In this document: positions 36,852 through 46,669 of the stretch, piece after piece
Layout of the letters: every line of letters starts with the position of its first letter
Position numbering within the stretch: position 1 is the stretch's first letter
From: an uncultured Solirubrobacterales bacterium
GTDB taxonomy: Bacteria; Actinomycetota; Thermoleophilia; Solirubrobacterales; Solirubrobacteraceae
Length of the DNA: 64,000 nt
Direction: 5' to 3'
Assembly (NCBI GenBank): GCA_963846265.1
Contig: CAWJVJ010000005.1
Coordinates: forward strand, 601,715-665,714
The notes under the pieces: generated by a model
Database searches by the model: none
What the model saw: the letters and a program-made list of their open reading frames with translations, nothing else
What the model was told of the DNA's origin: nothing
Position numbers and translations under genes: made by a program

Positions 36852-37015
36852 TGGACCCGTCCGTAAGTCCTACGGCATTCGAGCGGCCCCTGGCGGCGCT
36901 GCGCTTTGTCCTCGGATCCTCACGTAGCGCTGCTACGCGTCGGATCCTGCGTCCTCGCGCAGCATCCACCAGTGACCACTCTCGGTGCCGCACGACTTAC
37001 GGACAGGCCCACTAG
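36848..37015. mobile_element. MITE/REPIN-like non-autonomous element flanked by CTAG
   Basis: Ends CTAGTGGACCCGTCCGTAAGTC and GACTTACGGACAGGCCCACTAG (20/22 inverted match); nested internal inverted repeats around CGTAGC-GCT-GCTACG. Confidence 0.75.
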
Positions 37016-37044
37016 TGCTTCCTGCAACGAGCGGCCGGGACGTG

Positions 37045-37947
37045 ATGTCGCCCTCGGCTCCGGCGCAGGCCTACCCCGACCACCTGCGGGCGCAGGTGGA
37101 GAGCGCTCTGGAGTCGCTCCGGTTCGCGACCGAGCCCGCGTCCGCCGGGCTCGACCAGGCGATGCGGTACTCGCTGCTCGCCGGCGGCAAGCGGATCCGG
37201 CCGGTACTCGCGCTCGCCACCGCGTCGGCGATCGGCCGCGACCCCGAGTGGGTGCTACCCCTGGCGGTGGCGATCGAGCTGATCCACACGTATTCGCTGA
37301 TCCACGACGATCTGCCCCCGATGGACGACGACGACCTGCGCCGCGGCCGGCCGACGTGCCACGTCGCGTTCGGCGAGGACGTCGCGATCCTCGCCGGCGA
37401 CGGGCTCTACGCCGAGGCGTTCGTGCTGCTGCTGTCCCGCCAGGAGGCGCCTGCGGAGCGGCTGCTCGCGGCGGCGGCGGAGCTCGCCCGCGCCACCGGC
37501 GCCCAGGGCATGGTCGCGGGTCAGTACATCGACGTCGCCGGGACGGCTCCCGACGGGCCCGCTGGCCTGCGCCGGCTGCATGAGCTCAAGACCGGTCGGC
37601 TGATCGCCGCGAGCATCGAATGCGTGCTCCTCCTGGGCGGACTCGATCAACCTGAGAGAATTAACAGCTTCCACAGCTTTGCGAGGGAGCTGGGGATACT
37701 TTTCCAAATCGTGGATGACATTCTTGACGTGACCGGCTCTGAGGAAACGCTTGGCAAGCACCAAGGCAGCGACGAGCGGCTGGGTAAGCGCACGTACGTG
37801 AGCGAGTTCGGCCTCGACGGCGCACGCAGGCTGGCCGCCGAGTCCCATCGCCGGGCGCTGGCCGCCCTGGCGCAGGCCGCGGGGGCGGGATCCGATACGA
37901 GCGAGCTCGGCCAGATCACCGATTTCATCGCGACCCGATCGTTCTAA
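37045..37947 (+). CDS. ispA: Polyprenyl (geranyl/farnesyl) diphosphate synthase
   Basis: GGKRIRP, HTYSLIHDDLPPMDDDDLRRGRPTCH, GMVAGQ, KTG, FQIVDDILD. Confidence 0.95.
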   Translation: MSPSAPAQAYPDHLRAQVESALESLRFATEPASAGLDQAMRYSLLAGGKRIRPVLALATASAIGRDPEWVLPLAVAIELIHTYSLIHDDLPPMDDDDLRRGRPTCHVAFGEDVAILAGDGLYAEAFVLLLSRQEAPAERLLAAAAELARATGAQGMVAGQYIDVAGTAPDGPAGLRRLHELKTGRLIAASIECVLLLGGLDQPERINSFHSFARELGILFQIVDDILDVTGSEETLGKHQGSDERLGKRTYVSEFGLDGARRLAAESHRRALAALAQAAGAGSDTSELGQITDFIATRSF

Positions 37948-39899
37948 TGAACCGACTACTCGACCGCATAGACAAGCCCCAGGACCTGCACGGCCTCAGC
38001 GACGAGGAGCTTCAGCAGGTCGCGCAGGAGGTGCGCGAGCACATCATCGACACCGTCGGCGAGATCGGCGGGCACTTCGGCGCGAACCTCGGCACGTGCG
38101 AGATCGCGGTCGCGCTCCACTCGATGCTTGACTCGCCGCGCGACAAGATTCTGTGGGACGTCGGTCACCAGGCCTACCCGCACAAGATCCTGACCGGCCG
38201 GCGCGACCGGCTGCAGACGATTCGCAAGTACCGCGGGCTGGCGCCGTTCTGCTCGATCGCGGAGTCCGAGCACGACATCATGGGCGCCGGGCACGCGTCG
38301 ACGGCGATTGGCTACGCGGTCGGGATCAAGGAGGCGATGCGGCGCGGCAACGGCGAGGACGGGCACGTCGTCGCGGTCGTGGGCGACGGCGCGCTGACCG
38401 GCGGGGTGGCGTTCGAGGCCGTCCACCAGGCCGGCGGGGAGGGCACCCCGATCGTGGTGGTGCTCAACGACAACGGGATGTCGATCGCGCCCAACGTCGG
38501 GGCGCTGTCGCGGCACTTCAACCGGATCCGGCTCAATCCCAAGCTGTGGCGCGCCCGCGAGGGCTTCGAGGAGGGGCTGACGAAGCTACCGGCCGGGATC
38601 GGCGTCGCGTTCGAGCGGCTCGGCCCTCACGTCAAGGAGTCGCTCAAGGCGTTCTGGGCGCCCGGCCTGTGGTGGGAGGAGCTCGACTTCGTCTACATCG
38701 GGGTGATCGACGGCCACGACGTCCGCTCGGTCAGGCGCGCGCTCCGCGAGGCGCTGCTCGCCCAGCGCCCGGTCGTGATCCACTGCGCGACGGTCAAGGG
38801 CAAGGGCTTCGCGCCGTCCGAGGAGGGCGGACTCGAGGGCATGGAGAAATGGCATGCCGCCAAGCCCAAGTCGATCGCCAACGGCGTCCCCGCGGTCGCT
38901 GCGGGCAAGCCATCGGGCGCCAAGCCCGCTCCGCCGCAGTACACGCAGGTGTTCGGCAACGCGCTCGTCGAGGAGTGCCGGCGCGACAAGCGGGTGGTCG
39001 GGATCACGGCCGCGATGAACTCGGGAACCGGACTCAACATCCTCCAGCGGGAGCTCCCCGACCGCTACTTCGACGTCGGGATCGCCGAGCAGCAGGCGAT
39101 CCTGTTCGCCGCCGGCCTCGCGCTCCAGGGGAGCAAGCCGGTCGCGGCGATCTACTCGACGTTCCTCCAGCGCGCGTATGACCAGATCGTCCACGACGTC
39201 TGCTTGCAGAAGCTGAACGTGACCTTCGTGATGGACCGTGCCGGCCTCGTCGGCGACGACGGGCCGACGCATCACGGCATGTTCGACATCGCGTACCTGC
39301 GGTGCGTGCCGAACATCGTGCTGATGGCCCCGCGCGACGAGGCGATGCTCGTCCACATGCTGCGCACCGCGCTCGTCTACGACGACGGTCCGATCGCGCT
39401 CCGCTACCCGCGGGGCGAGGGGGTGGGGGTGCGGCTGCCGGCGCGCCCGGAGCCGGTCGAGATCGGGACCGGCGAGATCCTCCGTGAAGGCGAGCGAGTC
39501 GCGCTGCTCGGCTACGGCGCGGGCGTCGGCAAGGCGCTCGAGGCGGCCGACATCCTGGCCGAGCGCGGGCTGTCGGTGACGGTCGCCGACGCGCGCTTCG
39601 CCAAACCGATCGACGTCGGGCTGGCGGCGCAGCTGGCCGCCGAGCACGATCTGCTCGTGACCGTCGAGGAGGGTGTTCTCGCCGGGGGGTTCGGATCGGC
39701 CGTTTGGGAGAGCCTGTCGGACGTTGGATTAGGAGGCGGGGCGGGCGGGGTCCGGATCCTCCGCGTGGGCCTGCCGGACCGGTACGTGACCCATGGGGCG
39801 CCCAAGCTGCTGCACGAGGAGGTCGGGTTCACCGGCGAGCGGATCGCCGAGCGGATCGAGGCCGCCGTCGCCGAGTACAGCGGCATGCCCACGGTCTGA
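37947..39899 (+). CDS. dxs: 1-deoxy-D-xylulose-5-phosphate synthase
   Basis: GGHFGANLG, WDVGHQAYPHK, GDGALTGG, NDN.MSI, DVGIAEQ, YSTFLQRAYDQ, GDDGPTHHG. Confidence 0.98.
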   Translation: MNRLLDRIDKPQDLHGLSDEELQQVAQEVREHIIDTVGEIGGHFGANLGTCEIAVALHSMLDSPRDKILWDVGHQAYPHKILTGRRDRLQTIRKYRGLAPFCSIAESEHDIMGAGHASTAIGYAVGIKEAMRRGNGEDGHVVAVVGDGALTGGVAFEAVHQAGGEGTPIVVVLNDNGMSIAPNVGALSRHFNRIRLNPKLWRAREGFEEGLTKLPAGIGVAFERLGPHVKESLKAFWAPGLWWEELDFVYIGVIDGHDVRSVRRALREALLAQRPVVIHCATVKGKGFAPSEEGGLEGMEKWHAAKPKSIANGVPAVAAGKPSGAKPAPPQYTQVFGNALVEECRRDKRVVGITAAMNSGTGLNILQRELPDRYFDVGIAEQQAILFAAGLALQGSKPVAAIYSTFLQRAYDQIVHDVCLQKLNVTFVMDRAGLVGDDGPTHHGMFDIAYLRCVPNIVLMAPRDEAMLVHMLRTALVYDDGPIALRYPRGEGVGVRLPARPEPVEIGTGEILREGERVALLGYGAGVGKALEAADILAERGLSVTVADARFAKPIDVGLAAQLAAEHDLLVTVEEGVLAGGFGSAVWESLSDVGLGGGAGGVRILRVGLPDRYVTHGAPKLLHEEVGFTGERIAERIEAAVAEYSGMPTV

Positions 39900-39979
39900 G
39901 GCGCGTTAGGTCGTCCACCAACCGTCGATCTGAGCTGTCATGGCTCCCGCCGCGCCGCCGCGCGGCCGACAATGGGTTG

Positions 39980-41260
39980 ATGGCAACGCAGGAGATTAAT
40001 AGGGGTCCCCGCCCACCCTCCCCGTCCCACCCACCGCACCCGCCCGAGCCTGGATTGGGTCCCCAGCCGCCCTCCGATCTGTTCGTCTCGCGCCAGCCAG
40101 TCGTTGATGGCGAGATGCGCGTCACCGGTTACCGCGTGGCCTACGCGAACGCGGACGGCTCCGAGCCCGCCGACACCTCGGCAGCGCGCCTGCTCGGCGA
40201 CGTGCTCAGCGGCGTCGGGCTGGATGAGCTCGTCGGCCAGTCGCTGGCGCACCTGCCGCTGTCGCGTGAGCTGCTGCTCGCGCTCGGAGTTCCGCCGGTC
40301 CGCCCGGACCGAGTGCTGCTGCGGATCGCGTACGACACCGCCCGGGACCCGGACGTGGCCAAAGTCCTCGACGCACTCGCCGGGCGCGGGTATGCGCTGT
40401 CGTTGTGCGCGATCCCGGCTCCCGAGTTCGACGTCGTGCTGCTCGACCTGTTCGGCACGGTCGAGATCGAGCTCCCGGCGTGGTCACAGGACGATGCGGC
40501 GCTCGCCGTCGAGCGGATCCGCGGCGGGAGGGCGATGCCGCTGGCGTCAGGCCTGCTGGACTACAACGGGTTCGAGCTGGCGAAGGGGCTCGGGTTCGAG
40601 GTGTTCGCCGGACCGTTCTACGCGAGCCGGCACAAGGCCGCGGTCCGCAACATCCCGGTTGGCGAGATGGGCACGCTCGTCTCGCTGGCGGCGCTCCAGG
40701 GGCAGGCGGCGACGATCGAGGAGCTCGAGGAGGTCATCGACCGGGACGTCGGCCTGAGCGTGAAGCTGCTGCGTTACATCAACTCGGCCTACGTCGGCAT
40801 GCGCGGGAGCATCACCTCGATTCGCCAGGCGGTGATGATGCTCGGCTCGCGCGGTGTGTCGCGGTGGGCGCTGCTGGTCGCGCTAACCGGCGGCCCGAGC
40901 GCGCCCCGCGAGCTGTCAGTGGTCGGGCTCACCCGCGCCCGGATGTGCGAGCTGCTCGGCGCCGACCTGGGCGACGTCGCCGGCGATCAGCTGTTCACGG
41001 TCGGTCTGTTGTCGGTGGCCGACGCGCTGCTCGAGGTGCCGCTCGAGACGATCGTCGACGAGCTGCCGCTCGCCGACGAGGTCAGCGCGGCACTGCTGCG
41101 GCGCACCGGGCCGGCCGGCACGATCCTCAAAGCCGTGGTCAGTTACGAGCAGGGCGACTTCGACGTCGCCACGCTCCAGTCGCACGTCCCCCGGATCGCG
41201 AGCTCCTATCGCGACGCGCTCGGATGGGCGGTCGAGACGATGGCGGCGCTGGCGGCCTGA
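39980..41260 (+). CDS. Degenerate EAL plus HDOD signal-transduction protein (YuxH-like)
   Basis: FVSRQPVVD...GYRVAY (the EAL glutamate is absent); HDOD region DVGLSVKLLRYINS...SIRQAV.MLG, LF.VGLLS..DALL. Confidence 0.85.
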   Translation: MATQEINRGPRPPSPSHPPHPPEPGLGPQPPSDLFVSRQPVVDGEMRVTGYRVAYANADGSEPADTSAARLLGDVLSGVGLDELVGQSLAHLPLSRELLLALGVPPVRPDRVLLRIAYDTARDPDVAKVLDALAGRGYALSLCAIPAPEFDVVLLDLFGTVEIELPAWSQDDAALAVERIRGGRAMPLASGLLDYNGFELAKGLGFEVFAGPFYASRHKAAVRNIPVGEMGTLVSLAALQGQAATIEELEEVIDRDVGLSVKLLRYINSAYVGMRGSITSIRQAVMMLGSRGVSRWALLVALTGGPSAPRELSVVGLTRARMCELLGADLGDVAGDQLFTVGLLSVADALLEVPLETIVDELPLADEVSAALLRRTGPAGTILKAVVSYEQGDFDVATLQSHVPRIASSYRDALGWAVETMAALAA

Positions 41261-41328
41261 GCGGCGGGCGGCGGGCCGGGTGGCGGGCTGGGGCCAACGG
41301 TGGCCGATCACGTACCGTTCCGCGTTCA

Positions 41329-42117
41329 GTGACGCGCGTTCGGATTGACACACTGCTATCGGAGCGGGGGATGTTCCCGTCGCGCTCGCAGGCGGCCGCG
41401 TCGGTGCTCGCCGGCGACGTACTGCTGCTCCCGGGTCGCCGGCGCGCGCACAAGCCCAGCGAGCTCGTGCCGGACGATGTCGAGATCGAAGTCGTCAAGG
41501 CCCCGCCGTTCGTCTCGCGCGGGGGGATCAAGCTGCGCAACGCGCTTGATGCGTTGGCGGTCTCGGTCAGCGGTAGCCAGGCGCTCGACGTCGGCGCCTC
41601 GACCGGCGGGTTCACCGATTGCCTGCTCCAGGCCGGCGCCGGCCACGTGACGTGCGTCGACGTCGCCTACGGCGAGCTCGACTGGAAGCTGCGGTCCGAT
41701 CCCCGGGTCACGGTCATCGAGCGGTGCAACGCGCGGTCGCTGCGCCCCGAGAAGCTTCCGTACGCGCCTGATCTGATTGTCATCGATGTGTCGTTCATCT
41801 CGCTCGCGAAGGTCCTGCCTGCGGTGCTGGCGTGCGCGGCGCCTGCGTTCGACTGCCTGGCGCTGATCAAGCCGCAGTTCGAGGTCGGTCGGGGGCTCGT
41901 GGGCAAGGGCGGCGTCGTGCGCGACGTCGACGATCGCCGCGGCGCGCTGGTCGAGGTGGCGGAGTCCGCGCGCGGGCTCGGCGTGTCCGTGCTCGGTTAC
42001 GCGAGCTCGGGGCTGCCCGGTCCGAAGGGGAACCTCGAGACGTTCGTATGGCTGGCCGAGGCGGCCCGGGACCGGGGGCTCGACATCGAGCAGGCGGCTC
42101 GCGAGGTCGAGCCTTGA
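41329..42117 (+). CDS. tlyA: TlyA family rRNA methyltransferase
   Basis: RIDTLL, FVSRGGIKL, LDVGASTGGFTDCLLQ, IDVSFISL, LIKPQFEVG, GPKGNLE. Confidence 0.95.
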   Translation: MTRVRIDTLLSERGMFPSRSQAAASVLAGDVLLLPGRRRAHKPSELVPDDVEIEVVKAPPFVSRGGIKLRNALDALAVSVSGSQALDVGASTGGFTDCLLQAGAGHVTCVDVAYGELDWKLRSDPRVTVIERCNARSLRPEKLPYAPDLIVIDVSFISLAKVLPAVLACAAPAFDCLALIKPQFEVGRGLVGKGGVVRDVDDRRGALVEVAESARGLGVSVLGYASSGLPGPKGNLETFVWLAEAARDRGLDIEQAAREVEP

Positions 42118-42977
42118 ATCCGATCCGCACGGCCACGGTGCTCACCCACCGCCGGCCTTCGGAGACCCGTCCGGCGGTCGCGGCATTGGTCGAGATCGCG
42201 CGGGGCGCCGGCGCGGTCCTGTACGTCGATCCCGACGAGACGCGCAAGCACCGGCTCGAGCACGGACCCGGCCTCGAGGTCGACGTCGAAGGCCCGCTCG
42301 ACGTCGACATCTGCTTCGCGCTCGGGGGCGACGGCACGATCCTGACCGCGCTGCGCAAGTACGCCGGGACCGGCGTGCCCGTGTTCGCGGTCAACTTCGG
42401 CGAGATCGGGTTCCTCGCCACCGTCGATCGCGACGAAGCGCGGTTGGGCTTCGAGCTCGCGTTCGGAGGCGATTACGAGGTCCTGTCGCTGCCCGGGATA
42501 GCGCTGTCGGGGGCGAGCGGCGAGTGGCTGGCGATCAACGACGTGTCGATGCACCGCCAGCCCGGCAACCGCGTCGCCGACCTCGCCTACGCGGTCGGCG
42601 CGGACGAGATCGGGCGCGTGCGCTGCGACGGCCTGGCCGTGGCCACGCCGGCCGGCTCGACCGGCTACAACCTCGCCAACGGCGGCCCTGTGATGGCCTG
42701 GGGCGTCGCGGGCTTCGTGGTGTCGTTCATCGCGCCTCACTCGCTGACCGCGCGGGCGCTGGTGGTGGCGCCGGTCGACGTGCTGACCGTGCTCAACCGC
42801 TCGCGCGAGGAATCGGTCGACGTCACCGTCGACGGCCGGCCGGTGTGCACGCTGCCGCCCGGCGAGGAGATCGAGGCGAGCTTCGTCGACGGTCAGGGGA
42901 ACCTCGCGCAGATCGCCGGCGCGAACTTCTATCACCGGCTACGGGAGAAGTTCGGCCGCCTGTCCTCGATGCGCTAG
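42114..42977 (+). CDS. nadK: NAD(+) kinase
   Basis: LGGDGTIL, VNFGEIGFL, AIND, CDG..VATPAGSTGYNL..GGP. Confidence 0.94.
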   Translation: MNPIRTATVLTHRRPSETRPAVAALVEIARGAGAVLYVDPDETRKHRLEHGPGLEVDVEGPLDVDICFALGGDGTILTALRKYAGTGVPVFAVNFGEIGFLATVDRDEARLGFELAFGGDYEVLSLPGIALSGASGEWLAINDVSMHRQPGNRVADLAYAVGADEIGRVRCDGLAVATPAGSTGYNLANGGPVMAWGVAGFVVSFIAPHSLTARALVVAPVDVLTVLNRSREESVDVTVDGRPVCTLPPGEEIEASFVDGQGNLAQIAGANFYHRLREKFGRLSSMR

Positions 42978-42987
42978 AGACCTCCCT

Positions 42988-45891
42988 CTACATCCCGGAC
43001 GCTGGCAGCCCCATCTGGAGGACCTCGGCGGTGTGAAGCGCGCGCCGGCCGGTCCCGGTGGCGATCTGGGTCCGGCAGGAGAACCCGTCCGCGACCAGCA
43101 GCGTGTCCGGGGCGGCGGACCTCACCTGGGGCAGCAGGAACTGCTCTCCGATCCGCATCGAGACCTCGTACTGCTCGCCGGCGTGGTAGCCGAACGAGCC
43201 GGCCAGACCGCAGCAGCCCGCCTTCGTCATGTCGGCGTCGACGCCGGCGCGCTTGAGCAGGTCCGGCCGCGCCCCGATCACCGCCTTCTGGTGGCAGTGG
43301 CCGTGGATCAGCGCCCGGCGCCCGACCGGGGGCGGCTCCCAGTCCGGTGCGTAGCGGTCGAGCAGCTCGTCGAGCACGACGGTCTGGGCGCCCAGCCGCC
43401 GGGCGTGCTCGTCGTGGGGCATCAGCTTGCGCAGCTCGTCGCGGAACACCGACGCGCAGCTCGGCTCGAGTACGAGCACGGGGACGCCCGTCTCGATCGG
43501 CTCGGACAGCGTCTCGAGGGTATTCCGGAGCGTCCGCTTTGCCAATCCGAGCATCCCGAAGTCGTACAGCGGGCGCCCGCAGCACACCCGCTTGCGCGGG
43601 AGCTCGACCGCGAACCCGGCCGCCTCGAGCACGTCGACCGCGGCCTTGCCGGCGTCGGGCTCGAACAGGTCGGTGAACGTGTCGGGCCACAGCACCACCC
43701 GTCCGCGACCGCTATTCGCCGGCGCGGAGGCTGGTGTGGGCCGGGACGCGAACCAGTCGCGGAACGTCTGGCGCGCGAACCGCGGCGCCTCGCGCTCCTC
43801 CGCGATCCCGAGCATCCGCTTGCCGGCGCCGGACACCCCGGGCGCGTGGCTGAGCGCGTTGGCCAGCCGCGGTGTCCGGGCAGCCACCTGTCCCCACCAC
43901 GGGAGCAGCCCCAGCACGTATTGATTCAGTGGTCGCCGGCGCCGCGAGTAGTAGTGGGCCAGGAACTCGGCCTTGTAGGTGGGGATGTCGACCTGCACCG
44001 GACAATCGCCGGTGCACCCCTTGCACGACAGGCATAGGTCGAGCGATTCCTTGACCGCGTCGTCGCGCCAGCCGTCGGACACCGGATCGCCCTTCAGCAT
44101 CTCGAACAGCAGCCGGCTGCGGCCCCGGGTCGAGTGGCGTTCCTCGCGCGTGGCGTGGAAGCTCGGGCACATCGTCAGGCTGCCGAGGTTGCGGCACTTG
44201 GCCATCCCGAAGCAGCGCTCGATCGCGGTCGCGAACGAGCCGCCGTCGTCGGGGTAGGCGAAGTGGGTCTTAAGCTCGGGCGGGCGGTAATCGGGGCCGA
44301 GGCGGAGCCCCTCGTCGAGCTTGACGTCGCCGATCAGGCGGTTCGGGTTCATCTTCGTGTCGGGGTCCCAGATCCGCTTGAAGTCGTAGAACGCCTGCAT
44401 CAGCTCGGGGCCGAACATCTTGGGGAGCAGCTCGGCGCGGCCGTGGCCCTCCCCGTACTCGCCGGCGAGCGAGCCGCCGTAGGCGACGACGAGGTCGGCG
44501 CATTTCTCCATGAACGACCGGAACGTCTTCACGCCGGCGGCGCTCTTGAGATCGAAGTCCATCCGGGTGTGCACGCAGCCCTGGCCGAAGTGGCCGTAGT
44601 AGACGCAGCGGTAGGCGTGGTCGTCGAGGATCTGCTGGAAGTCGCGCAGGTACGCCCCGAGCTTGTCGGGATGGACGGCGGCGTCCTCCCAGTTGCCCTC
44701 GGCGTCCATGTAGCCGGGGGCGCGGCTGTCGCCGACCGCGCTCTCGCGCACCTTCCAGACGCTGACCTGGTCGAGCTTGTCCTCGATCAACCGGGCGTCG
44801 ATCTGGGGACCGTCGGCGAGGTCTTCGAGCGCCTGGCGCGCCTCGGCCATGGCGGCGTCGGGGTCGTCCTGGCCGAACTCGATGTACAGCCACGCCCGTC
44901 CGTCGGGGAGCAGCTTGCGCTCGGCGGCGAGCCGGCTCTTGGCGATCATGTTCTTGATCAGCTGGTCATCGAACCCCTCGAGGCCGATCGGCTTGCACCG
45001 CTCGAGGATCACCGGCACGTGGTCGGCGGCCTGGAACACGTCGGGATAGCCGAGGAGCACGGTGCGGCGGTGCTGGGGGCTCGGGACCAGGCGGACCGTC
45101 GCGTGCAGCACGTTCGCGCACGTGCCCTCCGAGCCGACGAGGGCGCGGGCGACGTGGAAGCCGTTCTCGGGCAGCAGCTGGTCCAGGTTGTAGCCGGACA
45201 CGCGGCGGGGGATGTCGGGGAACTCCTGTCTGACCCGGTCGGCGACGCGGTCTCGCAGGTCTCGGAGGTCGGAGTAGATCTGGCCCTTGCGACCGCCGGC
45301 CGCGATGATCTGCTCGAGCTCCTCGTCGGAGGTCGCGCCGACCGTGAGGCGGGTTCCGTCGTAGAGGACGACATCGAGCTCGATCACGTTGTCGCTCGTC
45401 TTGCCCGCCATCAGCGAGTGGGTGCCGCACGAGTTGTTGCCGAGCATGCCGCCGAACGTGCAGTACTCGTGCGTCGCCGGGTCCGGACCGTAGGTGAGGT
45501 TGAACTCCTCGGCCGCGTTGCGGAGCTGGTCGCAGATGACGCCGGGCTCGACGATCGCGCGCTGGTTTTGCGGGTCGAGGTCGAGGATCTCGTTGTAGTA
45601 CTTCGAGTAGTCGAACACGACCGCTACGTTGGTCGTCTGACCGCTCGGGGCGGTGCCGGTCCCGCGCGGGAGCACCGGTGCGTGGTACTCCCGGCAGATC
45701 GCGACGGCCGCGATCACGTCGTCCGGGCCCTTGGGGATCACGACGCCGATGGGGACCGCCCGGTAGATCGAGAAGTCGTTGGCGTACATCGCGCGCGTGC
45801 CCGCGTCGAAGCGGACCTCGCCCGAGACTGCCTGCTGCAGCGCTCGTTTGAGCCCGGAGACGTCGACGTCGGTCGGGCCGGTGGTGATCAT
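42988..45891 (-). CDS. FAD-binding (Fe-S)-binding oxidoreductase (YdiJ/GlcD-GlcF fusion type)
   Basis: PRGTGT..SGQ, GPDPATHEYCTFGGMLGNNSCG, GSEGT, GEYGEG.GR, C-terminal CxxCxxCxxxC clusters and CCG domains. Confidence 0.92.
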   Translation of the reverse strand: MITTGPTDVDVSGLKRALQQAVSGEVRFDAGTRAMYANDFSIYRAVPIGVVIPKGPDDVIAAVAICREYHAPVLPRGTGTAPSGQTTNVAVVFDYSKYYNEILDLDPQNQRAIVEPGVICDQLRNAAEEFNLTYGPDPATHEYCTFGGMLGNNSCGTHSLMAGKTSDNVIELDVVLYDGTRLTVGATSDEELEQIIAAGGRKGQIYSDLRDLRDRVADRVRQEFPDIPRRVSGYNLDQLLPENGFHVARALVGSEGTCANVLHATVRLVPSPQHRRTVLLGYPDVFQAADHVPVILERCKPIGLEGFDDQLIKNMIAKSRLAAERKLLPDGRAWLYIEFGQDDPDAAMAEARQALEDLADGPQIDARLIEDKLDQVSVWKVRESAVGDSRAPGYMDAEGNWEDAAVHPDKLGAYLRDFQQILDDHAYRCVYYGHFGQGCVHTRMDFDLKSAAGVKTFRSFMEKCADLVVAYGGSLAGEYGEGHGRAELLPKMFGPELMQAFYDFKRIWDPDTKMNPNRLIGDVKLDEGLRLGPDYRPPELKTHFAYPDDGGSFATAIERCFGMAKCRNLGSLTMCPSFHATREERHSTRGRSRLLFEMLKGDPVSDGWRDDAVKESLDLCLSCKGCTGDCPVQVDIPTYKAEFLAHYYSRRRRPLNQYVLGLLPWWGQVAARTPRLANALSHAPGVSGAGKRMLGIAEEREAPRFARQTFRDWFASRPTPASAPANSGRGRVVLWPDTFTDLFEPDAGKAAVDVLEAAGFAVELPRKRVCCGRPLYDFGMLGLAKRTLRNTLETLSEPIETGVPVLVLEPSCASVFRDELRKLMPHDEHARRLGAQTVVLDELLDRYAPDWEPPPVGRRALIHGHCHQKAVIGARPDLLKRAGVDADMTKAGCCGLAGSFGYHAGEQYEVSMRIGEQFLLPQVRSAAPDTLLVADGFSCRTQIATGTGRRALHTAEVLQMGLPASGM

Positions 45892-45962
45892 GTGATTGTC
45901 GGCGGCGTCTGACGACGGCGCCTTAGGTGGCGCTGCTCGAGCCCGGACGCGCTGGTGGCCAT
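45888..45962 (-). CDS. Putative 24-aa upstream ORF (or frameshifted N-terminus) of the oxidoreductase
   Basis: SD AGGAGAGGAG then ATG: MATSASGLEQRHLRRRRQTPPTIT*; its stop overlaps the oxidoreductase ATG (ATGA). Confidence 0.4.
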   Translation of the reverse strand: MATSASGLEQRHLRRRRQTPPTIT

Positions 45963-46015
45963 CGCTCTCCTCTCCTAGATGGTGCCTGGGTCCCTACCGT
46001 ATCCGTTCGCGCCGG

Positions 46016-46642
46016 TCAGCCGGCGAGATCGAGCTCGATCTCCGGGTCGAGCTGCTGCGCGGATAGGAGCGCGGCTCCGAAGGCCGCGATCAGGAGGTCG
46101 CGGAGCTGCTCGCGGGGCAGGTCGCGGGCCTCCGTCCAGTCGAGGATCGCGGCGTCCATATAGCCGAGCCAGCCCCTGATCGCCGTCCGGAGCACAGGGC
46201 GCGGCGTGTCGTTGTGCGTGAGTCGCGCGAGCGCCATGTCCATCGTCTGTTGTCTGAAGCCCTCGACGAGATCGCGGGCCTCGGGGAGGGCTGTCGCGCT
46301 CTGGACGAGCTTCGACCACGCTCGCGCGTTCGCTTCGATCCAGGCCAGGTAGGCGTCGAGGCTGCGCGAGAGCTGCTCGAACGGCGTGCCCTCGCCGGCG
46401 GGCTCGATCACCCGCTGCAGCTCGGCGGCCTTCTCGGCGACTGCCGCCTTGAACAGGTCGATCTTCGACGGGAAGTAGTGGTAGAGGAGCGGCTTGGACA
46501 CGCCCGCGGCGCGTGCGATGTCGCGCATCGAGATCTCCTCGAAGGCGTGCTCGGCGAACAGCGCGGCGCCGGCGTCGAGCAGCTGGCGCCGGCGCTCGTC
46601 GACGTTCAAGCGCGTGTAGGCCGGCGTGGATCCGGGAGTCAT
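46016..46642 (-). CDS. TetR/AcrR family transcriptional regulator
   Basis: RRRQLLDAG..LF, SMRDIA.AAGVSKPLLYHYFPSK.DLF. Confidence 0.95.
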   Translation of the reverse strand: MTPGSTPAYTRLNVDERRRQLLDAGAALFAEHAFEEISMRDIARAAGVSKPLLYHYFPSKIDLFKAAVAEKAAELQRVIEPAGEGTPFEQLSRSLDAYLAWIEANARAWSKLVQSATALPEARDLVEGFRQQTMDMALARLTHNDTPRPVLRTAIRGWLGYMDAAILDWTEARDLPREQLRDLLIAAFGAALLSAQQLDPEIELDLAG

Positions 46643-46669
46643 CGTGTTTGGATGCTACCTGACCGCTGG

